From: a bacterium
Lineage (GTDB): Bacteria; Zixibacteria; MSB-5A5; GN15; FEB-12
Reading direction: 5' to 3'
Length of the DNA: 52,161 bases
NCBI GenBank assembly: GCA_029211095.1
Contig: JARGFS010000002.1
Coordinates: forward strand, 1-52,161
The notes beneath the pieces are model-generated. The model worked only from the letters and a program-made list of their open reading frames with translations, was not told the DNA's origin and did not search any database. How positions within the stretch are numbered: the first letter of the stretch is position 1; each line of letters begins with the position of its first letter. The position numbers were made by a program, and so were the translations under genes. This document shows, one piece after another, positions 18,000-27,723 of the stretch.

Positions 18000-20246
18000 A
18001 TGATTACAAGACAGGAAGCGCTTGATTATCACTTCAAGGGCAAGCCGGGAAAAATCGAGGTTACCTCGACCAAACCTTGTAAAACGCAATTAGACCTTTC
18101 ATTGGCTTACACCCCCGGTGTAGCCGAACCCTGCAAAGAGATCCAGAAAAACCCGGCCGATGTGTACAAGTACACCGCCAAGGGAAACCTTGTTGGCGTC
18201 GTGACCAACGGTACTGCCGTTCTTGGTCTCGGCAATATTGGAGCCGCCGCCGGGAAGCCGGTTATGGAAGGCAAAGGCGTTCTGTTCAAACGGTTTGCGG
18301 ATATAGATGTTTTTGATATCGAACTGGATACCGAAGACCCGGACGAAGTTATCAAGGCCTGCCAGCTGCTGGAGCCGACTTTTGGCGGGATCAACCTTGA
18401 GGATATCAAAGGGCCGGAGTGTTTTTATATCGAGGAAGAGCTTAAAAAGTCGCTCAACATTCCCGTCTTCCACGATGATCAACATGGCACGGCGATAATC
18501 TCCGCCGCCGCTTTGCTCAACGCGCTTGAAATTGTGGGCAAAAACATTGAAGATATCCGGGTGGTCTATTCCGGAGCCGGTGCGGCCGGTATTGCCTGCG
18601 CCAAACTGTATTGCTCGCTTGGCGTCAAACATGAGAATCTCCTGATGGTCGATTCCAAAGGGGTCATGTACGATGGACGGGGGGATACATACAACAAGTA
18701 CAAAGCGGAATTTGTCCGCAAGACAGATTGTCGCTCGCTTGAGGATGCCATGAAAGAGGCCGACGTCTTTGTCGGTGTCTCCATCAAGGACCTTGTCTCC
18801 AAGAAGATGGTCAAGTCAATGGCCAAGGACCCTATCATTTTCGCGATGGCCAATCCTGATCCGGAAATCATGTACCCGGACGCGGTTGACGCTCGCAAAG
18901 ATGTCATCATGGCCACCGGGCGCTCAGATTTTCCGAACCAGGTTAACAACGTGCTCGGATTCCCCTTTATTTTCCGCGGTGCGTTGGATGTGTATGCGAC
19001 CGCGATCAACGAAGAAATGAAAGTAGCCGCCGTCAAAGCGCTGGCTAATCTGGCCAAAGAAGAAGTGCCGGAAGAAGTCGCGCGCGCTTATGGAGCCGAT
19101 CATTTCAAATTCGGACGGGAATATCTAATACCCAAACCGTTTGATCAGAGAATCCTGACCTGGGAAGCCGCTGCCGTAGCCAAGGCCGCAATAGATTCCG
19201 GCGTAGCTCAGCGTGAACTGGATATGGAAGAGTACAAAGAATCTCTGGTTAATCGGATCGGACATGGCCGGAGTTTAATGCGGGTCATCAACAACAAAGC
19301 CAAAGCCAATCCGAAATCAATCGTCTTTCCCGAAGGCAACTCTTCGCGGGTGCTCCGGGCGGCTCATATTATCAAGAGTGAGGGGATTGGACAGCCGATA
19401 GTCCTTGGAAACAGGGAAAATATCAAAGCGGTCGCCGCCGAGTACGAGATTGAGTTGGACGGTATCAAAGTTGTCGATCCCGTTACTTCGGAAAAGCGCC
19501 AGCACTACGGACAGATGTACTATGACAAGCGTTGCCGGAGAGGGATGAGTCTGGACCGGGCCATCTGGACCATGCGTGACCGTACCTATTATGGTATTGC
19601 CATGCTTGAGGCAGGTGACTGTGACGCCGTTCTCTCCGGGGTTACTTCGGACTACCCGACCACTATCCGTCCCGCCCTTGAGATAATCGACCTGGCTGAA
19701 GGGATGACTCGTGTCTCCGGTATGTTTGCCATGATCCAGAAAGACAATGTCTACATGTTTGCCGACACGACCGTCAATATGGATCCGACCGCCGAAGAAC
19801 TGGCGGACATCGCAATCTGTTCGGCCGGTGTGGCGAAACGGTTTAATATTACTCCACGAGTGGCTATGCTGTCATTCTCGAACTTCGGATCAGCCCGTTC
19901 GCCTCAGTCGGACAAAGTTGCCCGGGCTACCCGGATTGTTAAGGAGAAGGCTCCGGATCTGATTGTCGAAGGGGAAATGCAGGCAGACACCGCCCTGATG
20001 CCTGAGTATCTGACTAAGCGTTATCCGTTCTCTCAACTTAAGAAGGCGGCCAACGTCTTTGTTTTCCCGGACCTCAATTCCGGAAACATAGCTTATAAGT
20101 TGGTTCAGCGATTGGGTGGAGCGGATGCTGTCGGCCCAATCCTAATGGGACTCTCCAAACCGGTGCATGTCCTTCACCCGACTTTGGGCGTGAATGAGAT
20201 CGTTGATATGGCCGGGATTGCCGTGGTCGACGCACAGAATTCGTAG
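18000..20246 (+). CDS. maeB: NADP-dependent malic enzyme with a C-terminal phosphotransacetylase-like domain
   Basis: [13 protein letters not shown] and [24 protein letters not shown] motifs. The 748-aa length and PTA-like C-terminal half match the MaeB architecture. Confidence 0.95.
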   Translation: MITRQEALDYHFKGKPGKIEVTSTKPCKTQLDLSLAYTPGVAEPCKEIQKNPADVYKYTAKGNLVGVVTNGTAVLGLGNIGAAAGKPVMEGKGVLFKRFADIDVFDIELDTEDPDEVIKACQLLEPTFGGINLEDIKGPECFYIEEELKKSLNIPVFHDDQHGTAIISAAALLNALEIVGKNIEDIRVVYSGAGAAGIACAKLYCSLGVKHENLLMVDSKGVMYDGRGDTYNKYKAEFVRKTDCRSLEDAMKEADVFVGVSIKDLVSKKMVKSMAKDPIIFAMANPDPEIMYPDAVDARKDVIMATGRSDFPNQVNNVLGFPFIFRGALDVYATAINEEMKVAAVKALANLAKEEVPEEVARAYGADHFKFGREYLIPKPFDQRILTWEAAAVAKAAIDSGVAQRELDMEEYKESLVNRIGHGRSLMRVINNKAKANPKSIVFPEGNSSRVLRAAHIIKSEGIGQPIVLGNRENIKAVAAEYEIELDGIKVVDPVTSEKRQHYGQMYYDKRCRRGMSLDRAIWTMRDRTYYGIAMLEAGDCDAVLSGVTSDYPTTIRPALEIIDLAEGMTRVSGMFAMIQKDNVYMFADTTVNMDPTAEELADIAICSAGVAKRFNITPRVAMLSFSNFGSARSPQSDKVARATRIVKEKAPDLIVEGEMQADTALMPEYLTKRYPFSQLKKAANVFVFPDLNSGNIAYKLVQRLGGADAVGPILMGLSKPVHVLHPTLGVNEIVDMAGIAVVDAQNS

Positions 20247-20280
20247 CTTAATCGATTCAAATAGCTTGGATTATTAATTG

Positions 20281-20306
20281 AAAAAGTGGCTTCGGCCACT
20301 TTTTTA
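20281..20306 (+). terminator. Rho-independent terminator after maeB
   Basis: aaaaagtggc-ttcg-gccac followed by tttttt. Confidence 0.8.
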
Positions 20307-20411
20307 TTGCTCTTTATAGCCTCCTGCGGTAAACTTAGAGCGATATTTTTCGATATTATAATTATCGGAAATGACTATGGACCAGTAAGATAAACGGCGA
20401 AGGGACTCCGC

Positions 20412-21440
20412 TTGAGCTTTTTCAATCTCCTCTCTAACGATATCGGAATAGATCTCGGTACCGCTAATACGCTGGTATACGTACGCAATCAGGGGATTGT
20501 TCTCAATGAACCATCGGTGGTTGCGGTCGAAAAATCAACCGGTAAAGTTCTGGCGATTGGTTCCGCGGCCAAGGAGATGACCGGACGTACCCCCGGCAGT
20601 ATTGCCGCTATTCGTCCGCTCAAAGATGGCGTGATTGCCGATTTTGCTATCGCAGAAAAACTAATTGCCGATTTTATCCGGCGCGTGGTCAAGACCAAGC
20701 TACTTATGAAACCGCGAGTGGTCATTTCGGTCCCTTCGGGAATTACCGAAGTTGAAAAGCGCGCGGTCCGTGACTCGGCCGAGAATGCCGGAGCCCGCGA
20801 AGTTTACCTGCTCCAGGAACCAATGGCTGCCGCTATCGGCGTTGGCCTTCCGGTCGAACAGCCTTCCGGTTCCATGATTATTGACATTGGCGGGGGGACT
20901 TCGGAGATCGCCGTTATTGCTCTCAATGGAATCGTCAATGATACCTCAATCAGAGTTGCCGGCGATGAATTGAGCGATGCCATTATTATGTATCTCAAAA
21001 AGAACTATAATCTTTTGATCGGTGAACTCACCGCCGAAGAGATCAAGATTCAGATTGGCTCCGCTTTTCCATTGGACAAAGAGCTTTCGCTTGATATACG
21101 GGGACGGGACCTGGTGGCCGGTGTTCCTAAAAACCTGAAACTCTCTTCGGTGCAAGTTCGGGAGGCGTTGTCAGAGACAATTGACATTATTGTCGAGGCG
21201 GTCCGTCAGGCGCTGGAAAGAACTCCCCCGGAACTGGCCTCTGATATTTTGGAACGGGGTATAATCCTGACCGGCGGCGGGGCCCTTTTGCGAGGACTGG
21301 ACAGGCGTCTGCGTCAGGAAACAAACCTCCCGGTAAATGTTGCCGATGATCCGCTTACCTGCGTTGCTCGCGGAACCGGTAAGGTTTTGGAAGATTTCGC
21401 CAACTACGTGCAGGTGCTCGAAAAGAGCCATCGCGACTAA
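20412..21440 (+). CDS. mreB: Rod-shape-determining actin homologue MreB
   Basis: [16 protein letters not shown] and [12 protein letters not shown] motifs. TTG start with a GAAGGGA SD-like element upstream. Confidence 0.96.
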   Translation: MSFFNLLSNDIGIDLGTANTLVYVRNQGIVLNEPSVVAVEKSTGKVLAIGSAAKEMTGRTPGSIAAIRPLKDGVIADFAIAEKLIADFIRRVVKTKLLMKPRVVISVPSGITEVEKRAVRDSAENAGAREVYLLQEPMAAAIGVGLPVEQPSGSMIIDIGGGTSEIAVIALNGIVNDTSIRVAGDELSDAIIMYLKKNYNLLIGELTAEEIKIQIGSAFPLDKELSLDIRGRDLVAGVPKNLKLSSVQVREALSETIDIIVEAVRQALERTPPELASDILERGIILTGGGALLRGLDRRLRQETNLPVNVADDPLTCVARGTGKVLEDFANYVQVLEKSHRD

Positions 21441-21460
21441 AATTCGTTAATCTCTATTTA

Positions 21461-21487
21461 AACCGGGGCATGCCCCGGTTTTTTTGT
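21461..21487 (+). terminator. Rho-independent terminator after mreB
   Basis: Perfect 16-nt palindrome ccggggcatgccccgg followed by ttttttt. Confidence 0.85.
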
Positions 21488-21533
21488 TTCCCCATATCTC
21501 CCGATTAATCTTCATATAAGCTCAAACTGTCTT

Positions 21534-22121
21534 ATGGATGAAAAACAGAGGATGACGGCAAGAGCAAGAAAATTAGAACAGTTGGCGCAAAAGGCAAAAC
21601 TGGGTGATCAGGAAGCCTTTTCAGAACTAATGAAGGCCAAGATGAACGAGATTATTGCTATGACATATAAAATGACCGGGGACAGGCAGTCCGCCGCTGA
21701 TCTGGCCCAGGAAACATTCATCTCCGCCTGGAAGAATCTTGGTTCTTTCCGCGGGGATTCTTCGGTTTCCAGCTGGCTCTACCGTATTGCCGCCAACAAA
21801 ACGCTCAATCATCTGAAGAGAGAAAAGAAGTTTAGTTCCAATGAACCTGTGGAACAAGTGTCCCGACAGACGCTGGAGCAGAGTCCCGAAGATCCCTCCC
21901 GTCTGCTGGAAAAGAAGCGGCTGCGAAACCAGGTACTGGATTTTATGCAAACCCTTCCGATCCAGCAACGATTGGCTTTTGAACTCCGCTTTTATAAGCA
22001 ACTCTCCTTTGCTGAAATAAGTGACACCACCGGCAGCGCTCTTGGCACGGTCAAAACTAATTATCGTGAGGCGGTCAAAAAACTAAGAAAGCATGCCACA
22101 GAGAAGGGGTGGAGAGAATGA
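21534..22121 (+). CDS. ECF (group IV) sigma-70 factor
   Basis: Region 2 is DLAQETFISAWKNLGSFRGDSSVSSWLYRIAANKTLNHLKR. Region 4 is SFAEISDTTGSALGTVKTNYREAVKKLR. Confidence 0.92.
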   Translation: MDEKQRMTARARKLEQLAQKAKLGDQEAFSELMKAKMNEIIAMTYKMTGDRQSAADLAQETFISAWKNLGSFRGDSSVSSWLYRIAANKTLNHLKREKKFSSNEPVEQVSRQTLEQSPEDPSRLLEKKRLRNQVLDFMQTLPIQQRLAFELRFYKQLSFAEISDTTGSALGTVKTNYREAVKKLRKHATEKGWRE

Positions 22122-22648
22122 ACTGCCAACAGACTCAGGAAGAGCTGCTGCTCAGTTTTGGATCATCCGAGCTGCCAGCCGAGATAAGAAAGCATGTCGA
22201 CCAGTGCGAAAAATGCCACGCAGTCATGAGCTCGCTTGATCGCCTGCGGCCCAACGCTCTCACTGACCAGGACTTCACCTTGCCCGAACAGGTAACAGAG
22301 CAGATTCAGGCTTCGGTAATTGAGAGTATCAAACCGCAGCCGGTCTTCTCCATGCAGAAGGCTCTGGCTATCGCGGCCTCGGTTCTGCTTGTCCTGGGGG
22401 TCTCTTATGTGAGCTATAAATCAAACGGCACTGATGACCCTCGCACTCTCCGATCTGACAGCACCATTGATACCGTCATTGAGACCGCTGATCTTTCAGA
22501 TGCAGATGAGACACCATCGCTGGATGAGCTTTTTGAGAGTGTGGACAGCGATCCGTATCGCAGCAGTTATGATTTACTGTTGGAAGAGATCACTGATGAA
22601 GAACTGGACTATCTGGAAAAGAATCTTAGCGCCGGAGAATTGCTCTAA
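22118..22648 (+). CDS. Anti-sigma factor (zf-HC2 type, single-pass membrane)
   Basis: The H-x3-C-x2-C motif is HVDQCEKCH. There is a central TM helix (ALAIAASVLLVLGVSYV). The ATG overlaps the sigma gene stop (ATGA). Confidence 0.8.
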   Translation: MNCQQTQEELLLSFGSSELPAEIRKHVDQCEKCHAVMSSLDRLRPNALTDQDFTLPEQVTEQIQASVIESIKPQPVFSMQKALAIAASVLLVLGVSYVSYKSNGTDDPRTLRSDSTIDTVIETADLSDADETPSLDELFESVDSDPYRSSYDLLLEEITDEELDYLEKNLSAGELL

Positions 22649-23310
22649 TGAACAGACGAATCAGAGGACTGGTCGTTTTGGCTCTTGCTTTAATGGCTTT
22701 AACTGTATCGGCCGGAGAGAGTGAACAGGAACCCGGAACGGAGCAATTTTATCCTTCCTGCCTGGATGGCTCCGATCGGATGACCTTCTGTGCCCAGGCA
22801 CCTTGTATGCAGCCACCGCACAGGGACGGGCGTGGCGGTGAGGGAGCCCCGTTCATGAAGCGGCGGGAACGGCTGGAACGATTCCGGATGAAAAAAATGA
22901 TGGAAGTGCTTGACCTCAGGCCGGAGCAAAAGGAAAAAGTGCTGGCTTTTATCAGTCGCCATCGTGAAGAACAGAAAAATCTCTTGGCTGAACGACATGG
23001 CCTTATGGAGCAACTGGGGCATGAGATTCATGCTGACACTCCAAAGGAATCTGAGATTCTGGACCTCCTTGCTGCGATCAAGCAGCTTGAGCAGAGACAG
23101 CATGAACACCGCCTGCAATTCATGGACCAAGCAGGCAGGCTCCTTAACCCTGAGCAACTGGCCCGCCTGCTGGTTTTTCATGAGCACTTTGAAGCGAGGA
23201 TGTTTGATCAGCTTAAAGGTATGCGCCAACATGAAGCGGGGAAACATAACCGGAAAGAACCGAGTGATCGAAATGGGACAAGACCTGACAAAAACAGTAC
23301 TGATGGATAA
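22648..23310 (+). CDS. Periplasmic Spy/CpxP-like (LTxxQ-repeat) protein
   Basis: Signal peptide, helical and charged sequence, and LTxxQ-like motifs LDLRPEQ and LNPEQ. The start overlaps the anti-sigma stop by 1 nt. Confidence 0.65.
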   Translation: MNRRIRGLVVLALALMALTVSAGESEQEPGTEQFYPSCLDGSDRMTFCAQAPCMQPPHRDGRGGEGAPFMKRRERLERFRMKKMMEVLDLRPEQKEKVLAFISRHREEQKNLLAERHGLMEQLGHEIHADTPKESEILDLLAAIKQLEQRQHEHRLQFMDQAGRLLNPEQLARLLVFHEHFEARMFDQLKGMRQHEAGKHNRKEPSDRNGTRPDKNSTDG

Positions 23311-23327
23311 TACAAAGGAGTGACAAG

Positions 23328-23891
23328 ATGAGAAAACTGTTTGTAACATTGATTGCCGTGCTGCTACTGGCTGCTACTGCCTTTGGACAGCGTGGAATGA
23401 GACAGGGAGCGGGCGGGGACTGCGATGGTGATCGAAAGGGAAAAGGGCACGGAATGTCCTGCGACTTTGATGGCCCCGGTGGTGGTCACGGGATGCGCGG
23501 GCACTGCGGTGGCGACCGAGGTGGATTTGGGCATATCATGGCGATGGCCGAAGAACTGGAGCTCTCCGACCAGCAGATTGACAAGATGAAACAGTCTATG
23601 GAAGAATTTCAGATGGAACGAATCGACCGGGAAGCTGAACTGAAGAAAGCCAGGTTGCAGCTCCGCATGCTGATGAATGACCCGGATGCATCGGAAGTTA
23701 CAGTCATGAAAACAATCGAAAACGTTTCCGGACTGCGCGGGGAGATGCAGAAGATGCAGTACCAGCATCGGAAAAGCATCGAGTCAATCCTCACCGCGGA
23801 GCAACTTGACAAACTTAAAGAGCGTAAGCCGAATCCACCGGGAGATGGGACCGGACGCAGTTTTAAGCAGCGTCGCGGTTTTGGCGGATAA
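23328..23891 (+). CDS. Periplasmic Spy/CpxP-like (LTxxQ) protein with a Gly/His/Cys/Asp-rich N-terminal segment
   Basis: Signal peptide, then GDCDGDRKGKGHGMSCDFDGPGGGHGMRGHCGGDRGGFGH. LTxxQ motifs are LELSDQQ and an exact LTAEQ. Confidence 0.7.
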   Translation: MRKLFVTLIAVLLLAATAFGQRGMRQGAGGDCDGDRKGKGHGMSCDFDGPGGGHGMRGHCGGDRGGFGHIMAMAEELELSDQQIDKMKQSMEEFQMERIDREAELKKARLQLRMLMNDPDASEVTVMKTIENVSGLRGEMQKMQYQHRKSIESILTAEQLDKLKERKPNPPGDGTGRSFKQRRGFGG

Positions 23892-23927
23892 GCTAGATCT
23901 GAACATCTCCTAACCCCCGCGCAAAAG

Positions 23928-23958
23928 AGAAAGGCCCGTTTCGATGGGCCTTTCTTAT
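23928..23958 (+). terminator. Rho-independent terminator after the ECF operon
   Basis: aaaggccc-gtttcgat-gggccttt followed by the T-rich cttatta. Confidence 0.7.
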
Positions 23959-23994
23959 TATAAATCAAGAGCTTACAGGGCGTGCCTGACAATT

Positions 23995-24010
23995 TGGCGG
24001 TTTTGTGGCA
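23995..24010 (+). promoter_or_regulatory. Candidate sigma-54 (-24/-12) promoter motif
   Basis: TGGCGG-TTTTG-TGGCA has GG and GC at the canonical spacing of TGGCAC-N5-TTGCW. It matches 9 of 12 defined positions. It lies 43 nt upstream of the rnr ATG and heads an array that encodes a sigma-54 activator. Confidence 0.25.
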
Positions 24011-24017
24011 GATGTTC

Positions 24018-24046
24018 TTGACCCGCATTCCGCTCATGCGTATCTT
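24018..24046 (+). promoter_or_regulatory. Candidate sigma-70-type promoter ending 6 nt before the rnr ATG
   Basis: TTGACC-N17-TATCTT, then ggattt, then the ATG at 24053. Confidence 0.3.
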
Positions 24047-24052
24047 GGATTT

Positions 24053-26278
24053 ATGAAACATAATGTAGATTCGATTCTCAAGTTTATCCGTGACAAATCT
24101 GAACGCCCCATGAAAATGAAAGAGCTGGGCCAGGCTCTCAACATTTCCAAGCGGGAATATCCCAATTTCCGCAACCAGGTAAAACAGTTGATCCTTGATG
24201 GACATCTGGTGAAACTGAAACGGGGTCGGATTGGCGTACCCGACCAGATGAATATTGCTGTCGGTGAGATCTCCATCACCCGCGGTGGTCTCGGTTTTGT
24301 AACTATTGAAGGGGAAGACAGGGACATAATGATTCCTACCACCGGGCTGGAGACCGCACTGGATGGGGACAAAGTTATGATCCGTCTGGGCGGAATCAGT
24401 TCCGGCAGAAAGACCGGCAATGTGATCGAGATTGTGGAGCGGAAGGAGCGGAACATTGTCGGTGTCTATGATGAGAGCAGGGCTTTCTGTTTTGTTCACC
24501 CGGACAACAAGAAGATTCACCGGGACATTTATATTGATCCGGAGTCCACGCTGGGAGCGGAAAAGGGGGAGAAGGTTGTCGTCCGGTTAACTTCCTGGAA
24601 CGACCCGCATCTCAACCCGGAAGGGGAAGTTGTTGAGCGTTTGGGCATGCCGAACGCCCCCGGAGTTGATATGCTGACTATCATCCGCTCCTATTCATTG
24701 CCACAGGAATTTCCGAACGAAGTTCTGGATGAGGTGGAATCAGTCGCGATGGTCCCGGAGCTTTCGGAACTGAGCGACTACGAAGACCACACCGATCGCT
24801 GCGTCTACACTATCGATCCGGCTGATGCCAAAGATTTTGACGATGCCGTCTCGGTTAAGAAGCTTTCCACAGGATACCTGCTGACGGTCTATATCGCCGA
24901 CGTCTCCTATTATGTCCGGGAAGGAAGTCTTCTTGATGTAGAGGCGTTCCGACGCGGCAACTCCGTCTATCTTCCGGGGACGGTCATCCCCATGCTGCCG
25001 GAGTCATTGTCCAACGACGTCTGCTCCCTGAATCCAAATCGGAAGCGGTTGTCATTCGCCGCCGAGATTGAGCTCGACCGTCAGGGGAAGATTGTCAAGT
25101 GGCGTCTGTTTAACGCTATGATTAAATCAAAAGCGCGGTTGGCGTATGAAGAAGTCCAGGCCTATTTTGATGGTGATCACTCCAACCAGCGGGTCAAGCG
25201 GGTAGCCGACAACCTGGTCTTAGCCCGTGACCTGGCCCAACTGCTGAGCAAGCGAAGGTTCTCCGAAGGCTCCCTTGATTTTGATCTGCCTGAATCAAAA
25301 ATCATCCTGAACAAAAATGGGGAGGTGATTGAACTCGGCAATCGGGTCCGGCTTGAGGTGCATCGTCTGGTTGAAGAATTCATGCTGACGGCCAACCAGG
25401 TGGTCGCCCTGGAGGCTCTTCGCAAAGGGCAGCAGTTCATTTACCGGGTGCATGATCGTCCGAATATGGAGAAGCTGGAATCTTTCTCCCAACTGATGAG
25501 ACAACTGGGGTATAACTTCCCCGTCTCGCCGCAGATGAAACCCAAACAGTTTGCCGATTTTCTGAATCAGATCAAGGATGCCCACGAGGCTGACTTTATC
25601 AATGAGCTACTGCTAAGATCAATGCAGAAGGCGGTCTACCAGCGCCAGAATATCGGGCACTTTGGTCTGGCTTTCAAACATTACACGCATTTCACTTCGC
25701 CCATCAGGCGTTACCCGGATCTGCTGGTTCACCGGATGCTTCGAGCTCTCCGCACCGGCCAGTATCCGCCAGCCCTGGCAAAAAAACTGCCCGGAATTAT
25801 TGATAATGTTGGCCGCCACTGTTCGGACACGGAGCGGGTGGCCGAAGCTGCCGAGCGGGAAGCGGTCAAAGTGAAGCAGGTCTCATACATGACCCGCCAT
25901 GTTGGAGATGAGTTTGGCGGTGTTGTTTCCGGCGTTACCGGTTTTGGCTTTTTTGTTCGGCTGGATAATCTGGGGGCCGAAGGTCTGGTTCGGATTTCTG
26001 CGGTTGATGATGACTACTATCTTTTTGACGAAAAGCGGTATCAGTTGACCGGCCGCTCCTCCGGTCGTTCGTTCCGATTGGGGGACAAAGTTAAGGTGAT
26101 CATAGTGTCGGTGGACAAGGCTCTCAACGAGATCACCCTGGAACCGGTACGCAAGAAAAAGGCGATCAAAGCGGGCCGGACCAAAACAAAAAGTAAAACA
26201 AAAACTAAGCAGGAAGCCGAACCCAAGCCGCCCGGCTTTGGTCGTCCCAAAAAGAAGACGCGCAGAAAACAGAGATAG
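24053..26278 (+). CDS. rnr: Ribonuclease R
   Basis: The N-terminal wHTH-like region is ILKFIRDK...MKMKELGQAL. The RNB motif is IDPADAKDFDDAVS. There is an S1 domain and a Lys-rich tail. The ORF track's GTG at 24005 lies inside the promoter-like region, so I prefer 24053. Confidence 0.93.
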   Translation: MKHNVDSILKFIRDKSERPMKMKELGQALNISKREYPNFRNQVKQLILDGHLVKLKRGRIGVPDQMNIAVGEISITRGGLGFVTIEGEDRDIMIPTTGLETALDGDKVMIRLGGISSGRKTGNVIEIVERKERNIVGVYDESRAFCFVHPDNKKIHRDIYIDPESTLGAEKGEKVVVRLTSWNDPHLNPEGEVVERLGMPNAPGVDMLTIIRSYSLPQEFPNEVLDEVESVAMVPELSELSDYEDHTDRCVYTIDPADAKDFDDAVSVKKLSTGYLLTVYIADVSYYVREGSLLDVEAFRRGNSVYLPGTVIPMLPESLSNDVCSLNPNRKRLSFAAEIELDRQGKIVKWRLFNAMIKSKARLAYEEVQAYFDGDHSNQRVKRVADNLVLARDLAQLLSKRRFSEGSLDFDLPESKIILNKNGEVIELGNRVRLEVHRLVEEFMLTANQVVALEALRKGQQFIYRVHDRPNMEKLESFSQLMRQLGYNFPVSPQMKPKQFADFLNQIKDAHEADFINELLLRSMQKAVYQRQNIGHFGLAFKHYTHFTSPIRRYPDLLVHRMLRALRTGQYPPALAKKLPGIIDNVGRHCSDTERVAEAAEREAVKVKQVSYMTRHVGDEFGGVVSGVTGFGFFVRLDNLGAEGLVRISAVDDDYYLFDEKRYQLTGRSSGRSFRLGDKVKVIIVSVDKALNEITLEPVRKKKAIKAGRTKTKSKTKTKQEAEPKPPGFGRPKKKTRRKQR

Positions 26279-26296
26279 AGCTGGACGAAGTCTGTG

Positions 26297-27721
26297 ATGA
26301 ATCAAAAGATTGTAATTCTGGTTAGCCATAACCTCGATCAGCAGAAGAGCACTGACCTGACTGAGATCGGTCAGGTGGTCACTGAAATTTCACACCTTTA
26401 TCAGATTGTCCGGGAGCAGGACATTGATCTGGTTATGGTTGATGAAGGACACCATGACTTCCGGCGGGCGGTGGCTTTGAGAATTCGGCGGTACAACGGC
26501 CTGACCGAAATCTGGAAACTGGTATCGGGAAATCCCGCCGAGCATACCCTTGAGCCTTTTCTGGATGGATTCATTCCGTTTGATCTGTCTGGCGAAGCGC
26601 TAGATGAAACGGTTGAAAAGATTCTGCATGCCAAAGCGCTCCTTCGGAAATACCAAATTGTCGGGCGGTCGGCCCAGATGAAACTGGTTGCGGAAACAAT
26701 CGAGCGGATCGCGGTCACCGATGTATCGGTGCTGATCGTGGGACCTTCGGGAAGCGGCAAGGAACTGGTCGCCCATGCAATCCATGAGCATTCCTTACGG
26801 AGTGAGCAGCCCTTTGTCGCGGTGAACTGCGGAGCGCTAGCCCAGGGCATCCTGGAATCGGAACTGTTTGGACATGAAAAAGGAGCCTTTACCGGTTCTG
26901 TTTCCCGGCGTGAAGGGCTCTTTCACAAAGCTAACGGAGGGAGTATCTTCCTTGATGAAATCGGGGAGACCAGTCCGGAAATGCAGGTCAAACTGCTGCG
27001 CGTTCTGGAAGATGGGACCTACTATCCGGTCGGATCATCGGAAGCCAGACGGACGGATGTGCGGGCCATTGCCGCCACCAATCGTGACCTGGCCGAAGCA
27101 ATTGCTGAAAAGGAATTTCGGGAGGATTTGTATTTCCGGCTCGGAGTTGTCAAAGTGATCCTTCCTCCCCTGCTGGACCGCAAGGAGGATATCCAGCCAT
27201 TGCTCAGGCATTTCTGGGGCAGGAATTTCCGCCTTGATTATTCGGACAAGACTATGGCTCTGCTACTGGAGTATGATTGGCCGGGGAATGTCCGACAGCT
27301 GAAGAATTTTGCTGACCGGATGAAAGCGCTCAAGCCGGAAGGTCTCATTGAAGTCGATGATGTGCGACAATTCTATGCCGAGCAGCAGGCCGGCGCCACT
27401 AATCTCCCGGTTGCTACCGGCAAGACGACCGAAGAGGCCGGGCAGGAGCTGATCTACCGGGCCATTCTCCAGTTGGGCGGCGAAGTACGATTGTTGCGCG
27501 ACCTGATAACTTCGCATCTGCCCGGTGATCCGACCAACTCGGACTTCGATGGCGGTCGCTCAGCTTTTTCCGAGAGCAGCGCTACCATGGAAGAGATGGA
27601 GTTTGCCCTGATCCGAAAGACGCTGGCCGAAACCGATGGTAATCGCAAGGAGGCGGCCCGGAGGCTGGGAATCAGCGAACGGACCCTCTATCGAAAAATC
27701 AGTAAATATGACCTGAGATAA
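26297..27721 (+). CDS. Sigma-54-dependent transcriptional activator (bEBP) with a degenerate receiver domain
   Basis: AAA+ Walker A GPSGSGKE, the sigma-54 contact loop GAFTGS, and the C-terminal Fis-type HTH AARRLGISERTLYRKISKY. The CheY-like N-terminal domain has VSHN in place of the acidic pair and IPF in place of the conserved K-P. Confidence 0.9.
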   Translation: MNQKIVILVSHNLDQQKSTDLTEIGQVVTEISHLYQIVREQDIDLVMVDEGHHDFRRAVALRIRRYNGLTEIWKLVSGNPAEHTLEPFLDGFIPFDLSGEALDETVEKILHAKALLRKYQIVGRSAQMKLVAETIERIAVTDVSVLIVGPSGSGKELVAHAIHEHSLRSEQPFVAVNCGALAQGILESELFGHEKGAFTGSVSRREGLFHKANGGSIFLDEIGETSPEMQVKLLRVLEDGTYYPVGSSEARRTDVRAIAATNRDLAEAIAEKEFREDLYFRLGVVKVILPPLLDRKEDIQPLLRHFWGRNFRLDYSDKTMALLLEYDWPGNVRQLKNFADRMKALKPEGLIEVDDVRQFYAEQQAGATNLPVATGKTTEEAGQELIYRAILQLGGEVRLLRDLITSHLPGDPTNSDFDGGRSAFSESSATMEEMEFALIRKTLAETDGNRKEAARRLGISERTLYRKISKYDLR

Positions 27722-27723
27722 TT

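Noticed and set aside
23609-24520. 303-aa minus-strand ORF spanning the LTxxQ gene end, a terminator, the promoter region and the rnr start
   Set aside because: It crosses a terminator hairpin and promoter motifs and overlaps two well-supported genes. The translation is Ser/Arg/Pro-rich and low-complexity.
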